DNA of 64,000 nt from Perkinsus chesapeaki ATCC PRA-425 (taxonomy: Eukaryota; Protista; Perkinsozoa), in contig JAAPAO010000077.1 in assembly GCA_013115145.1 (NCBI GenBank), positions 1 through 64,000 of the forward strand, written 5' to 3'. How positions within the stretch are numbered: the stretch's first letter is position 1; every line of letters begins with the position of its first letter. The notes under the pieces were generated by a model that saw only the letters and a list, made by a program, of their open reading frames with translations, was not told where the DNA came from and made no database searches. The position numbers and the translations under genes are program-made. This document shows positions 11,522 to 22,445 of this stretch, one piece after another.

Positions 11522-13030
11522 CTACTTCTTCGCAAAATACAAAGATCCAAGACCAGTCTTATGGGAATCTCCAGATCTTCTATAATTCTCATTAACCGTT
11601 CGATGGTCCCTATAATACCTTCCCGACACGTCCAGTGCCGCCTTGAACTTCCATCCGTTGCCTTCGAGAGCGTCGAACAGATTAACCAGCAGCAACCCGT
11701 CACATAGGACCGCCTGTGAATTGATTTTCCCTGCCTGAAAGGCGGCCACTTTGAGCTTGAAAACGACAGACTTGCCGTATCTTCCACAAGACTTAGCAAG
11801 CTCAACATTCAAGCTGGGTGGCCCGAAGATATCATTCACTATCTTGGCAATAGATTCCACCATAGATTCGTCCGTACACGACAACCTTACTTCATCCTTA
11901 TCATGAAATGACACACAAACCACCGCCTTGCACGCATGCGCATTCGACGGCCTCCCTGCCGATTTTCTCAGTACCAAAGTCGACATATCCCGAAGCTTAC
12001 CACTGCAATCAAAAGATGCTAAAAGGTCGAACCCTGCATCCCAGAAGTGACCTAAGATACGCCCCACCAACAACTGAGAATCCACTTCCATCTCCCCCAC
12101 GCAGCACCACGGTGAACCTTTTAATTGCCATTGATATGAGCCGCCATAAACTCCTTTCGTTTCGATCCCGTACGGCCAGGCATCGACTACGCATTGGTCT
12201 AGGGCGTCTCTGAGGGCATCCGGCAGAGGTTCATTGGGTGCAGAAAACACACGAAGTTCATCTGGCTCATGCATGCTTACTCCTATGTAGACAGAATCAT
12301 CTCGGCAAGCACTGTCGGGCAAGAAGACCAAGTTGGATTTGCCGCCTTGTTGATTGGATAATATAACCGAATTTCGCAGAAGTCCACCCGTGACTTTCTC
12401 AAGCTCCAAAGATACCCCCAGGACCATCCGCCGAATCGACACCGTGCCCTCTTCCTCGGACTGGAAGGGATGACCGGCCAACTTGATCGAATAAGCTCCA
12501 GAAGAATCTTTCTCTTTCCTCTCCACTTTCAAGCTCGAAGATACGCCTCTGACGACCGCCTCAGCCTTACAGTCCTGTTCGTCTTCTCCACTGAAATCGA
12601 TCTTCACTTCGGCCTTGTCACACAGCCCGACGATGCAGCCACCGCCCACGACGTACCCCTCAGACGGGAACCTCTTGAGCAGCCACACTTGCACAAAGCT
12701 CGTTCTCGACATGCTTATGTCCGCCACAAAATGCCAACCAATCTCTCTAAGTTGCTCAATCAGCCTCAACGCTGCGAGCCTTGGCTCGAAGGCCCCAGTG
12801 TTGAGCCAAGCCGAAGTCGCCAAGGTGAATTTATAAACCCCTTTGCAGGTAGATGACGGCCCTTCGCTTTTAATGTCGTCAAAGGAGACTCTCAAAGCTT
12901 CCTTAACTTCACTTGGGCACTTGACCGTATAGATCTCATTCTTACCAGCAAGCGCGATAGCACAGTAGCCTCTAGAGGAGGGCTCATCAGGGTTGGAGTC
13001 CTCTAAGCCTTTGAAACCAGCTGCTCCCAT
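11522..13030 (-). CDS. Uncharacterised four-repeat protein, array copy 5 (502 aa)
   Basis: ORF starting MGAAGF; YQWQLKGSPWCCVGEMEVDSQLLVG...GFDLLASFDCSGKLRDMS. Confidence 0.9.
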   Translation of the reverse strand: MGAAGFKGLEDSNPDEPSSRGYCAIALAGKNEIYTVKCPSEVKEALRVSFDDIKSEGPSSTCKGVYKFTLATSAWLNTGAFEPRLAALRLIEQLREIGWHFVADISMSRTSFVQVWLLKRFPSEGYVVGGGCIVGLCDKAEVKIDFSGEDEQDCKAEAVVRGVSSSLKVERKEKDSSGAYSIKLAGHPFQSEEEGTVSIRRMVLGVSLELEKVTGGLLRNSVILSNQQGGKSNLVFLPDSACRDDSVYIGVSMHEPDELRVFSAPNEPLPDALRDALDQCVVDAWPYGIETKGVYGGSYQWQLKGSPWCCVGEMEVDSQLLVGRILGHFWDAGFDLLASFDCSGKLRDMSTLVLRKSAGRPSNAHACKAVVCVSFHDKDEVRLSCTDESMVESIAKIVNDIFGPPSLNVELAKSCGRYGKSVVFKLKVAAFQAGKINSQAVLCDGLLLVNLFDALEGNGWKFKAALDVSGRYYRDHRTVNENYRRSGDSHKTGLGSLYFAKK

Positions 13031-13083
13031 TACGAGACGCGAGTAAGTTCAATTCGTCGACGATCCATCCCAATTAAGTACAG

Positions 13084-13116
13084 AAAAATGTCCGATCCGC
13101 GGTTCGAACCTGTGGA
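13084..13116 (-). other. tRNA 3'-end-like fragment with oligo-T, upstream of array copy 5
   Basis: Minus strand CCACAGG-TTCGAAC-CGCGGATCGGACA-TTTTT. Confidence 0.55.
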
Positions 13117-13920
13117 GAGCACGGAGCAGAAAAACCATCGCTCGCCTCAATTCTGCCTTGTGCCGTCCGAGGGACAGCGCTACTTCTATATCGCTCGCCT
13201 GAAACTGCATATCTGTAACGGTTCTAAGATAACTGTTCTATAGTTCCTTCTCAGGAACCTATGAATTAGGTGAACTTACACTGAGTTCTCTAGGGAACTT
13301 ATATTGAGTTCTATCTGAACTATTTGCGATATAGTTGGACTTCTATTTAGTCTATTCTAATCTATTAGCTGTGGTATCTACTCGTTAGTATCTGCATCTA
13401 TAGTCTAATCTAGTTATAACCAAACTCTTGCGTTTAACTAGTATCTTGAGCTCGTCTAACCACTCGCTCTACTATATCCGATTGCCTCTTTTAGTCGTGT
13501 TACAAGCCAAACGGGATGCTACTTAGATCTGGGACGAAATTATCTACTCTCGATCGCTCTGTTTTCTCTCATGATTCAACAGGTTTAACTCCCTCTACAC
13601 CTCCTCCGTCTAACGACGCCACACCATCACTACCACCATCGCTACACCTCATCTAGAACAACCCCTAACCCTAGATCTTCTACGGTTTCTTCAATTATTA
13701 ATCTAAGTCGTCCCGTACAGCCTCAGAAACCGCCCTGAACCGAATGCCCTATTGCAAGCGCTCTTTTGGACCTGTCGGGTCCGACCAAACCTTTTCTACC
13801 CCAAAGCTGTTTCGCCGACAGATTTCGTTACAAGGTCGCTGGCCCCCGCTCGGACATCACCAATCCAACATCTTCGCGCTTCGAATTCAAGTAGGGGGCA
13901 CGGTTAAGGGATCGTGCAAT

Positions 13921-14012
13921 AAACCGATTTTGAAATTCAGAATCGATTCCAGAACTGCTTTTTACACGTTAAATGCGATGCTGGAATCGATTCTGAATCT
14001 CAGAATTGGTTT
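13921..14012. repeat. Inverted repeat, 32-bp arms (3 mismatches), 28-nt spacer
   Basis: AAACCGATTTTGAAATTCAGAATCGATTCCAG ... CTGGAATCGATTCTGAATCTCAGAATTGGTTT. Confidence 0.9.
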
Positions 14013-14036
14013 AATGAACATTGGGTAAATCCAGAG

Positions 14037-14069
14037 TCTAGATTAGTCTGGATTCCAGACTAATCTAGA
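14037..14069. repeat. Perfect palindrome, 16-bp arms, 1-nt spacer
   Basis: TCTAGATTAGTCTGGA-T-TCCAGACTAATCTAGA. Confidence 0.95.
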
Positions 14070-14845
14070 TTACGACTTTTCGGTGCCAGCCTCAATTCTC
14101 AATAACCTAGGGGTGAAAGATGCTGCAAGTTGGGTGGTGTACTCAGGGCTATATGAGAGCAAGGTTTTCTGAGGTTTCTTTTCGTTTCTCGAAAACGTTT
14201 TCAATTCAGTTTGGAGCCTCCAAGCCCGAGGATTGTAGAAGGTACAGTAATGCACGATCAGTACTACTGAATCTGCAGTCCTCGAGATTCGGGCTAACAA
14301 AAAGGACAGCACAGCTGCGCTGACGCCTTCTTATAACCCAGAACACAATATCAAGTGCAAACTCTGATCCCTTAATGGTTATATTGATAACAATTCTTAT
14401 ATAATAATAACTAATATTATTCTACAGTTTTCATGCACGTTACAGCTTATCATCGATACGAGCTCCGAAGTATCTGATTCACGCTTCCTATAATCGTCAG
14501 ATTTGCTGACGATTGGCAACCGCTAATTGAACCGTTTCATTCAGGATTCCTGAATCAGAAAGCGTGTTGCTGCAAGACATAACACAGCAACCACGTCCTT
14601 TTGCTCTGTGGCTCCACATGGTACATTTTGCCTGGTATTAATCCAGTGGAAATCAGGATCAGAATTAACGCACCACGCCACGTCGAGCTTAACGCAGTAC
14701 TTCATGAGCAAGAAAAGGGCAGAACAATGCCTAATAGGGTAACGGTCAGTTCACTTATAACAATGAACTCTTAAGTGGAGGGCAGGGAGCCATGTACTCC
14801 ATACGAGCGAAAGCGTATATGCGGTAAGGCTTGAACAACAAAGCT

Positions 14846-17245
14846 TTATCGGTATTTTCCGAACACAAAATCATCCACAAGTTTCAGCACACCATCCGGG
14901 AAATCCTCCGCGGCATTATGGCCTGCTCCAAACACCTGAATCAATCGCACCCTATGCTGGCAACTGTTAGCGTACAGCCTACTTGAGCAAAGTTGAGCTC
15001 TCCTCCAGTTTTAGCCAAGGTGAAACTCCTGAGTTTTCCTATCTGCTTCCCGCTTGGTAGCTGAAGAACGACTTAGTAAACCAGAGCCACAGGAGAACAA
15101 CTCGTCACGTAATCGATACACGAAGCATCAATGATGTCATGATAGTGAAGGCAAACGGGTAAAGTCGTCGGTTTTATGGCTAATAATGCAAGCGATATAA
15201 CATTCCTTACGGAATAAAGCTCCTCTCGTGCTCTTGAGAAGCCTTTTTGGCCATCTCACTGTACTCCTAGTGCCATGTTACGACTTCCAATCCAATCACA
15301 CATATAGTCCTGATCGCCGGAGTATATCAGAACCTGACAGTTAATGGTAAGCTTGTCTGCTAACCTCAAGAATATGTCAGGGAAGAGGTTGAAGTGGTTT
15401 AAACTGTTATTCAGGGCGAATCCTCAATGAGGCAGAATACTGATGGAGACCCACGAGGTAGATCTCATGCCACGCGCGAATCTTCCACGCCTCGAGCCAA
15501 CATACCCGTAGACCTCGGTTGAGGATATCAGTCAAATTGCTGCTGTAGTCAACGAATAGATCACCAAGGAAGGCTTCGAGTACCTTTAGCCAACAGGGAT
15601 AACCTTAACTAGCCTAGATCCGACCAAACCTGCGCGCCCTACAAGCTGTGTATGACGAAACTCAGAAAGGGAGACCCATTCAACAGCAGGTAAGATATGC
15701 AACAATCATCCAAATGAGCGTGACCGCTTCTCACGGCTGTGTTAAGCAGCTTCCACTCTTGTCTCACTCCGAGATAATCCTGAAGTGCTCGGTTGTTGAA
15801 GTAATTCTTGAGCTGATCAACAAAAGAAAAGTCTGTGGCCAGAAGCCTACAAAAACCCCAGCTTACATTCTCAGTATATCTACATGCTGGAGGAGGTTCA
15901 GTGCACTGCAAGCGTAGGTCGTACCTGTGATACATAATTCATTACAATATCGAGTAGAAGGAAATGTATAACCAACTGGACTGTCAGCTCCGATTCGGAG
16001 CCTCCGAATACCGGAATTACAGTGTACCAACAGCACTGTATACTCATGCCGCTCACTCACGGATCAATATTTTTATCCTTTAATGGCTTCACAAGGGTTC
16101 CAGCAAATGTCTGGAACGCTTTCAAACATAAGTCATCATCGTCTCGGTGGGCAAGACACTTTTTCATACTGTCGAAGAGTCCCTTAAGGCCTTTGGTCAT
16201 AGCATTGTACCTGACTTAGAGAGTATATCCAGCGGAGCGCTCAGGTAGTACGCACTCTGCCTTTGTGATAACACTCCGAGTAGTTCCACTTTTGTATGCC
16301 ATAGTTGGCATTGAAGAGTATCTGAAGCGACCACATGCCATGAAAGCACTTGTAGATTTACTTTGCGATTCTTACTGGACCTTGGGATTGACCATACTGT
16401 TCCCGAGAATGACACCCTTCAGTTTTATCAGGGATCCACTCTTCAGAATCTCTGCAGCCAGTGGTGGGATATAGTGACCTGTCCATGAGAAGGTGATCAT
16501 ATGAATCTCCAGAAGTCTAATGGTAAAAGCTAAACTGACCTGCATAAGACTGGCCAATGAGGAAGACTTCTGAGTTGTAAGAAGGAGATTCCTTGAAGAA
16601 GGACTCCAATGCCTTGAGACTACAGAGATACATAGGGATGGCTCGAGACAGTGCAATCCCGCTGAGCTACGTAGACTTTGCTGCATCGACAGAATTCCTT
16701 GGTGGTCTCCCTTTACTGAAGCCAACCGATGCGGGTTGGTCAATATACATAACATTAACAAAGGTGTTGAATGAGAACCTGATGATGTAAGTGGCAGTCC
16801 GAGTCGAAGCGAACGAGTCTGAATACTGATTTGGAGTTGTCTTGTCCCCCTTTCTATTTAGTATACAGGGTCCGCCATTACCGGAAGCCAGCGAAATCAT
16901 ACTGCTACCTCCAGGGCCGCCTTGGAAGTAGACGAGGGTTGGGCTCGTGCTTGAGGACCTGCGAGACTCGAAGAACCAATAGAATAATCTGAAAGAACAG
17001 AACGAAGCGCCACGGAAGTTCGGAGCACAGGGCTACTGCGAGTCAGAAGCTCCTCGCAGGTATCCAAACTTCTGCTTCACATTATCATCACAGTAACTGT
17101 CAGCTGTGAGTAGACAGCAGGCAAGCAGCAGTAGTGATGCGGGTATCATGCCGGAAACCGATGCTGAGCGTGAAATCGAATCACTGGGACCGAAAATTTC
17201 GCGAATTTCTGAAAATTGGGGATTCACCAGAGAGTCACTCGCCAT
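14846..17245 (-). CDS. Serine carboxypeptidase, peptidase family S10 (multi-exon, signal peptide)
   Basis: YFYWFFESR, YFQGGPGGSSM, NVMYIDQPASVGFS, nucleophile GQSYAG|HYIP, LKGVILGNSMVNP, C-terminal VFGAGHNAAEDFP...GKYR*. Start at 17245 or 17149 (MIPASLLLLACC). Confidence 0.9.
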
Positions 17246-18144
17246 TAGAAAGCGTAGCATTCAGACTATGAGTGAGAAAAGTGTGCCAAGGCAAGGCCGG
17301 GTGCGGGTGGCCGGTGGGCACGCTTGCCGCGAATAGGAAGGCGAGCTGAGGTGCTGCTGGTCTTTAGCAATATCTGGCTCGCTGAGAGGCGCGGCACGCG
17401 TGCGGGCACAGCCAACCCGCTTTCGGAGTCATCTCTTGACAAGGCGTAGAAGATGCCCTATGATGAGGCCCTATGGGGATATACACCTACTGCCGGTATG
17501 GCCAGCTTGTTCAGCTGCCGGGCCCAGAGACTCTCGGAGCCAATGAGAAGCAGTAAATAAGGCCAACAACAGCAATGCCTAGAGCTTGAACCGATCATGA
17601 AGAGGTCGCGTTACTTTCTAGTCCGAGGACACGTGCCCTCATACAAAACCGCAGGCGCGCTTACCTAGTATGATCAGGCTAGTACCGAACTATTTTTGGT
17701 GAGAGCAAGTCGTAGGGGTTGGGGTCAGCTACTAACCACGATTTGACTAACCTGTAAGGCAGAAATAGAACCTGAGTGAGTCATATTCGAAAATTCCAAC
17801 CTCGGCTTGGTGCAATTCCTCCCAAGATTTTCGCGCGTAGAAATCATTTGGCAGCAAAGCTATAGTAACTGCTTAACGTGTGTGGCTCTGAGGAGATTTG
17901 CGACAAGAAGGATATACCCACTTCGACCCTTACAACTTGTAAGTAACAAGTTAAAGTAGAATACACGGTAACTTGCGCACAGAACAGCTACCACAGTGGT
18001 AGTAACACTACAGATCTACAGTCTACAGTCGGAGAATTCCTGCACCCAGTGCGTGCAGTATACCCAAACTGGTGCTCAACGACGGGTTACCCGCTGAAAA
18101 TCTTAATTATCGCTTACCCGTCGCGGGTAGGCGATGGTTAGGGT

Positions 18145-19338
18145 CTTCGCAACACTTGGTTCCATCATTTTTATGTACACCTTTGTCATTTTTCCAATCT
18201 TCGTTCATATACTTGAATTTATAATGCGAGGCCGAAGACGAACTGGCCAGTTCACCTGACTCTGAATAGCTAGGCCGCGGACTCCGCGTCCCTCGGAGCT
18301 TCTGAGACCATGGGAGTATTAACCTGAGTTTGGTCCAGACCTCCGTTACGGAGTCTAACCGAATGTCGTACTTCGATCAAGAACGGGTATCAAGAGCGCC
18401 ATCGTTTGTAGTTCACTTTTCGATTAGTTCGTCAAGGATTCCCTACACGCGTACTCTATTCGAGTGCTCACTCGGAACACAATGACGATATTGAATGATC
18501 GGCCAATTGTGATATAAATGGCGAGTATAGAGAGGGACGAATTATGTTTGTAAGGAAGGAAGCGGTTATTGTGTTCATAGGCTATGAAACAGCGGTGCTA
18601 TGAAACATAGGACCGCTGTTTCCTTTCCAAGCGACGCCGTGTTATCCTTGAATTGCCTTATTCGCTGGTGCTGGGCTTTACTGACAACAACCAGAATACA
18701 TTAAAGAGCACAGAAACGCGTTCTTCACAAATCGTGAATCATCATGATTTAACCATGTCCACTCGCTACTCACAGCCGACCGGTTGCCTCGGGAATATGC
18801 ACACGACCGCCAACCTCGTCAGAGTCGGAGGCTCAGACGGCTTCGGTTCGGGCATAATCGGTACTGACAGGTCTGGCTTCATTTCCTTCAATACCTCAAC
18901 TTCAATGTCAAAGAGTGAGCAAAAGGTGAGATGCTACAGTACCTGATTAGCGAATATATCGCGAAGTATAATATCCGTCCTTACAGACTGTAAGTTACAG
19001 TAAGGCACGACAGGGTGTAGTCACGCGCGTCGAGTATCTCGGGCCCCGAGATTCCCCGAGACTCGGGGTGCTCGTTGAGTTCTCCGTTGGGTGCTACCAT
19101 CATTACAGGGACGGTGATTTGTTGTTTTGAGTAGATGCTGATTCCGATGGGAAGATCAGAGCTTACGTATGAAGCCTTGATATAGAGAATTCGATCCAGA
19201 GTCTGGATAATCCAGACTGGATTCCAGACACCTGATGGGATGGAAATTGTCCGAAGCCGTGGCGATGACCGACATGTCCATTCGCGCTGAATCATACCAA
19301 CCTTCTCAAACCATAAACTTTCGAGATACCTTTCGAGA
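18145..19338 (-). pseudogene. Decayed copy of a ~1.1-kb segmental duplication (3' part of the uS2-like gene plus the downstream gene)
   Basis: Colinear similarity to 20831..21943 (e.g. TACACCTTTGTCATTTTTCCAAT, GACCGACATGTCCATTCGCGCTGA), disrupted by palindromic insertions. Confidence 0.85.
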
Positions 19339-19885
19339 TTCTCGAATCGAGAACTCTACAGTGTCTACAGGAGGCTCTACAGCGTAGACCATCAAAATGG
19401 CTCTCTCAGCTCAGTTACTGAGCCTCAGTGGACTGTGCTCATCCTGCCCTCAGGGCAGGATGTCAGTGCCCTGCCATTCTTGCTCCCTGAGAAGAAGAGC
19501 CAATTTGACTCTTGAGTTTGAAAGTCAAATATACGATTGATAATCAATCATTGATCTTGCCTACGCTGTATTATACAGCCTATATACTCTATTGTTGATG
19601 CACACTGTCCGTCTTTTCGTTTTTGTCATCTTTTCATCCTAGAATGACTCGCAAACGTTACTGGAAGCCCGTATACCACAATCAGATAGGTGGCAGTGTG
19701 ACATCCTTTCTCTGCCGACTTGTTATGGATGAGTGTACCCTGCTACTTCACACTCTTGAATACAGACGGTAGCAATGAACGGAAATGCAAGTGTGGCCCC
19801 CATACGAACTGTAACTATCAACTACGTATGATTCGTTGTGGAGATGAGTTCGACATTGTGGTTCGGGTAGGTGATGAATCATCAC

Positions 19886-19938
19886 GGAAATTCCAAGTTG
19901 GAATATCATCACTGATGATATTCCAACTTGGAATTTCC
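19886..19938. repeat. Perfect palindrome, 26-bp arms, 1-nt spacer
   Basis: GGAAATTCCAAGTTGGAATATCATCA-C-TGATGATATTCCAACTTGGAATTTCC, directly preceded by GTGATGA-A-TCATCAC. Confidence 0.97.
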
Positions 19939-20413
19939 AAGCGCACGCTTTGTAGAGTCAATCCGTTCTCTGTCAGGGGACTTTCTTCGGAGTCAAACCC
20001 TCGGGAACGTCAGCGCCACCCGGCGGACATAGAGAGTTTCACGATCAAACTTTGATCGTCTTTATCCATCACCTTTGATAACTGCATCTTTGATGATCAA
20101 AGATGCAGTGGTGGCGGACTTTGAAACGGCCATCGGGAGGGGAATAATTCCGTTGTTCGGTATAAATGAAACTTCATTGAGAGGTTGTATTCTTCGTGCA
20201 CACCTGGCGTGGAATATAAGATTGATAGAGCTAGGTCTTGGTCCAGCGTATAGAAAAACATGTTCCATCATGGAACTTCCATGTTCCAACCCCACTTTTT
20301 CCTCAATACCTGATTCAATCAGGCTGATTGCAATGCATATTTGGCCGGTGCTGTTAGGGCTTCAGGCGCTCACAGCCCTTACCTATTGTTCGCTTAATGT
20401 CATTAAGTTAATG

Positions 20414-20486
20414 AGGCGTCTAGCTCAACTGGCCAGGAGCTTTATATGTCAACCGTAGAGCCCAGGTTCAATCTCTGGTAGCCGTA
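20414..20486 (+). pseudogene. Degenerate tRNA-like sequence (possibly Asp-GTC derived)
   Basis: TAGCTCAACTGGCCAGGAGC (D arm GCTC/GAGC), ATGTCAA loop, paired T arm CCAGG-TTCAATC-TCTGG; acceptor and anticodon stems poorly paired. Confidence 0.55.
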
Positions 20487-20713
20487 TCTCCATCTCAAAT
20501 CTATTGTGTCAAAGCTGTCCCTACTATTGCATTGAGCTATCGATTGAGTTATATTCCTGAGATATTATCTCAAACCTCTCGGATTTTAATCGTTTACTTG
20601 ATCTACAGTCCCAGATGACTAGTGTTGAGCCAGCTAGTGATATGTCACTTGTCACTGAGGAAACTGACGGTGATAAGTCCCCATCCCGCGATGAATTCCC
20701 ACAGTGCTGTCTC

Positions 20714-20756
20714 CTCTCCAACGAAGCATCAGCTCAGCTGATGCTTCGTTGGAGAG
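20714..20756. repeat. Perfect palindrome, 21-bp arms, 1-nt spacer
   Basis: CTCTCCAACGAAGCATCAGCT-C-AGCTGATGCTTCGTTGGAGAG followed by tandem CTGATTCAG units. Confidence 0.97.
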
Positions 20757-20799
20757 CTGATTCAGCTGATTCAGCTGCCTGGGAACACTAGTGGTTCAC

Positions 20800-21400
20800 T
20801 CACCCGTGACAGATTTTCGAGCGAAAACTTTTCGCAACACGTGATTGATACACCTTTGTCATTTTTCCAATTCTCGTTCGTGTTCTTGAATTTATAATGC
20901 GAGGCAGTTGACCTGACTCTAAATAGCTGGGCCACGGACTCCGCATTCCTCGGAGTTTCTGAGGCATGGAAGTATTCGCCACTGGAGTTTTTTCAACGAC
21001 ATTTGTACGGAGTGTAACCTAATAATCAGGTTAACCTAGCCATTTGTTTTAACAAACGTTGTCATGTTAGGTCGAAATATCGTACTTCTATCGGGTACTA
21101 CGAACGCCACCGTTTGTCGTTCACCTTTCGATTAGTTCGTCAAGGGTTCTCTACCAGCACGAGTACTCTGTCGGACAGAGTCTGTCCGAATGCTCACTCG
21201 GAACACAGTGACGATATTGAATGATAGGCCAATTGTGCTATAAATGGCGATTATGGAAACTTTCCATTAGAAAGAGATGAGTTATGTTTGCTAGGACGGG
21301 GACAGTATTCTGTTCGTAGAATCGTTGTTCCTTCTCAAGCGAAGTCGTGTTTTCCTTGGATTGCCTTGTTCGTTTGTGCTTCGCTAAACTGGCAACAACC
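20800..21400 (-). pseudogene. Unknown multi-exon gene with an in-frame stop (second copy of the duplicated downstream gene)
   Basis: LEKEQRFYEQNTVPVLANITHLFLMESFHNRHL*HNWPIIQYRHCVP here, versus RHLYHNWPIIQYRHCVP in the 18.5-kb copy. Confidence 0.5.
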
Positions 21401-21446
21401 GGAATACATTAAAGGCCACAGAAACGCGTTCTCCACAAATGATAAA

Positions 21447-22172
21447 TCATGTCCACTCGCTACTGACAGCCGAGCTGGTTGCCTCAGGAATATGCACAGG
21501 ACCGCCAACAACCTCAGACGGCTTCGCTTCTGGCATCACCGGCACTGAGAGGTCAGGCTTAGCCTCCTTCAAGACCTGAACTTAAAAGATAAATGGACAC
21601 GAGGTGGTGGGGTGCTACCTGATTAGCGACTATATCGCGAAGCATAAAATCTGCCCTTGCAGTAGGACATGGTAAAAGATAGTCGCACGCGTCGAGTATC
21701 TCGGGGTGCTCGTTGAGTTCTCGGTTGGTTGCTACCATCATCACAGGAACGTTGATTTGCTGACAAATGCTGATTTTGACTATCAATTCAAAGCTTACAT
21801 ATAAAGCCTTGATGTAGAGAATGGGATCGAGACACATTATAAGATGATAATTGGCCGACGCCGTGGCGATGACCGACATGTCCATTCGCGCTGAGTCATA
21901 CCAACTTTTTCAAATCATGGACTTTCGATATACCTTTCGAGAACTGCAGGCCCTCGAAGTGGTTCTTCCAGCTGACACCGCCCTGATTCTTGCTTCCTGA
22001 GAACAAGAGTCAAAGTCAAATGTACGGAAACTTTACCGATAACGAGAACTGGTGCGTTGTTCTCTTTCAAAAGCCGAAGAAACTTGAAGCTCCTTTTATA
22101 GTTGATCAACATAGTGTACGGATCAGCTATGTACTGAACCGTCACCTTGTTGGAAACTCGGTTGAAGTTCAT
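21447..22172 (-). CDS. Divergent ribosomal protein uS2-like (probably mitochondrial), about 4 introns
   Basis: Spliced YIADPYTMLINYKRSFKFLRLLKENNAPVLVIG|SKNQ...LIMCLDPILYIKALY|QINVPVMMVAT..EHPEILDACDYLLP matches the uS2 pattern (IIDL..T...L.RA..F......ILFVG; D.....AL.E....IPVI.LVDT....VDY.IP). Confidence 0.6.
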
Positions 22173-22445
22173 CAAAAATAATGGTCACTTAATCCGACTT
22201 GAGGGAGCTCCAACTCAACAATTTAGGTACGACAACAACCAAAGAATAACGCACATCAGCGTGGAATCATCACTGCTGCATTCTCCGTAGGAGCCTTTGT
22301 AACTACACAAAGCAACGTCGACAGTTCCCCATTGCGAGCATTCTCACATCAGCGTGCTGCTTCCTTAAGACGATCATTTCCTGTTTTCCACTCACACTCG
22401 TTTCAACTGCTGGTTTGCTGTTTTCTCGGATACTCTTCTGTCTCC

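Noticed and set aside
13655-13675. CCCCTAACCCTA telomere-like sequence
   Set aside because: Only about two units; chance level
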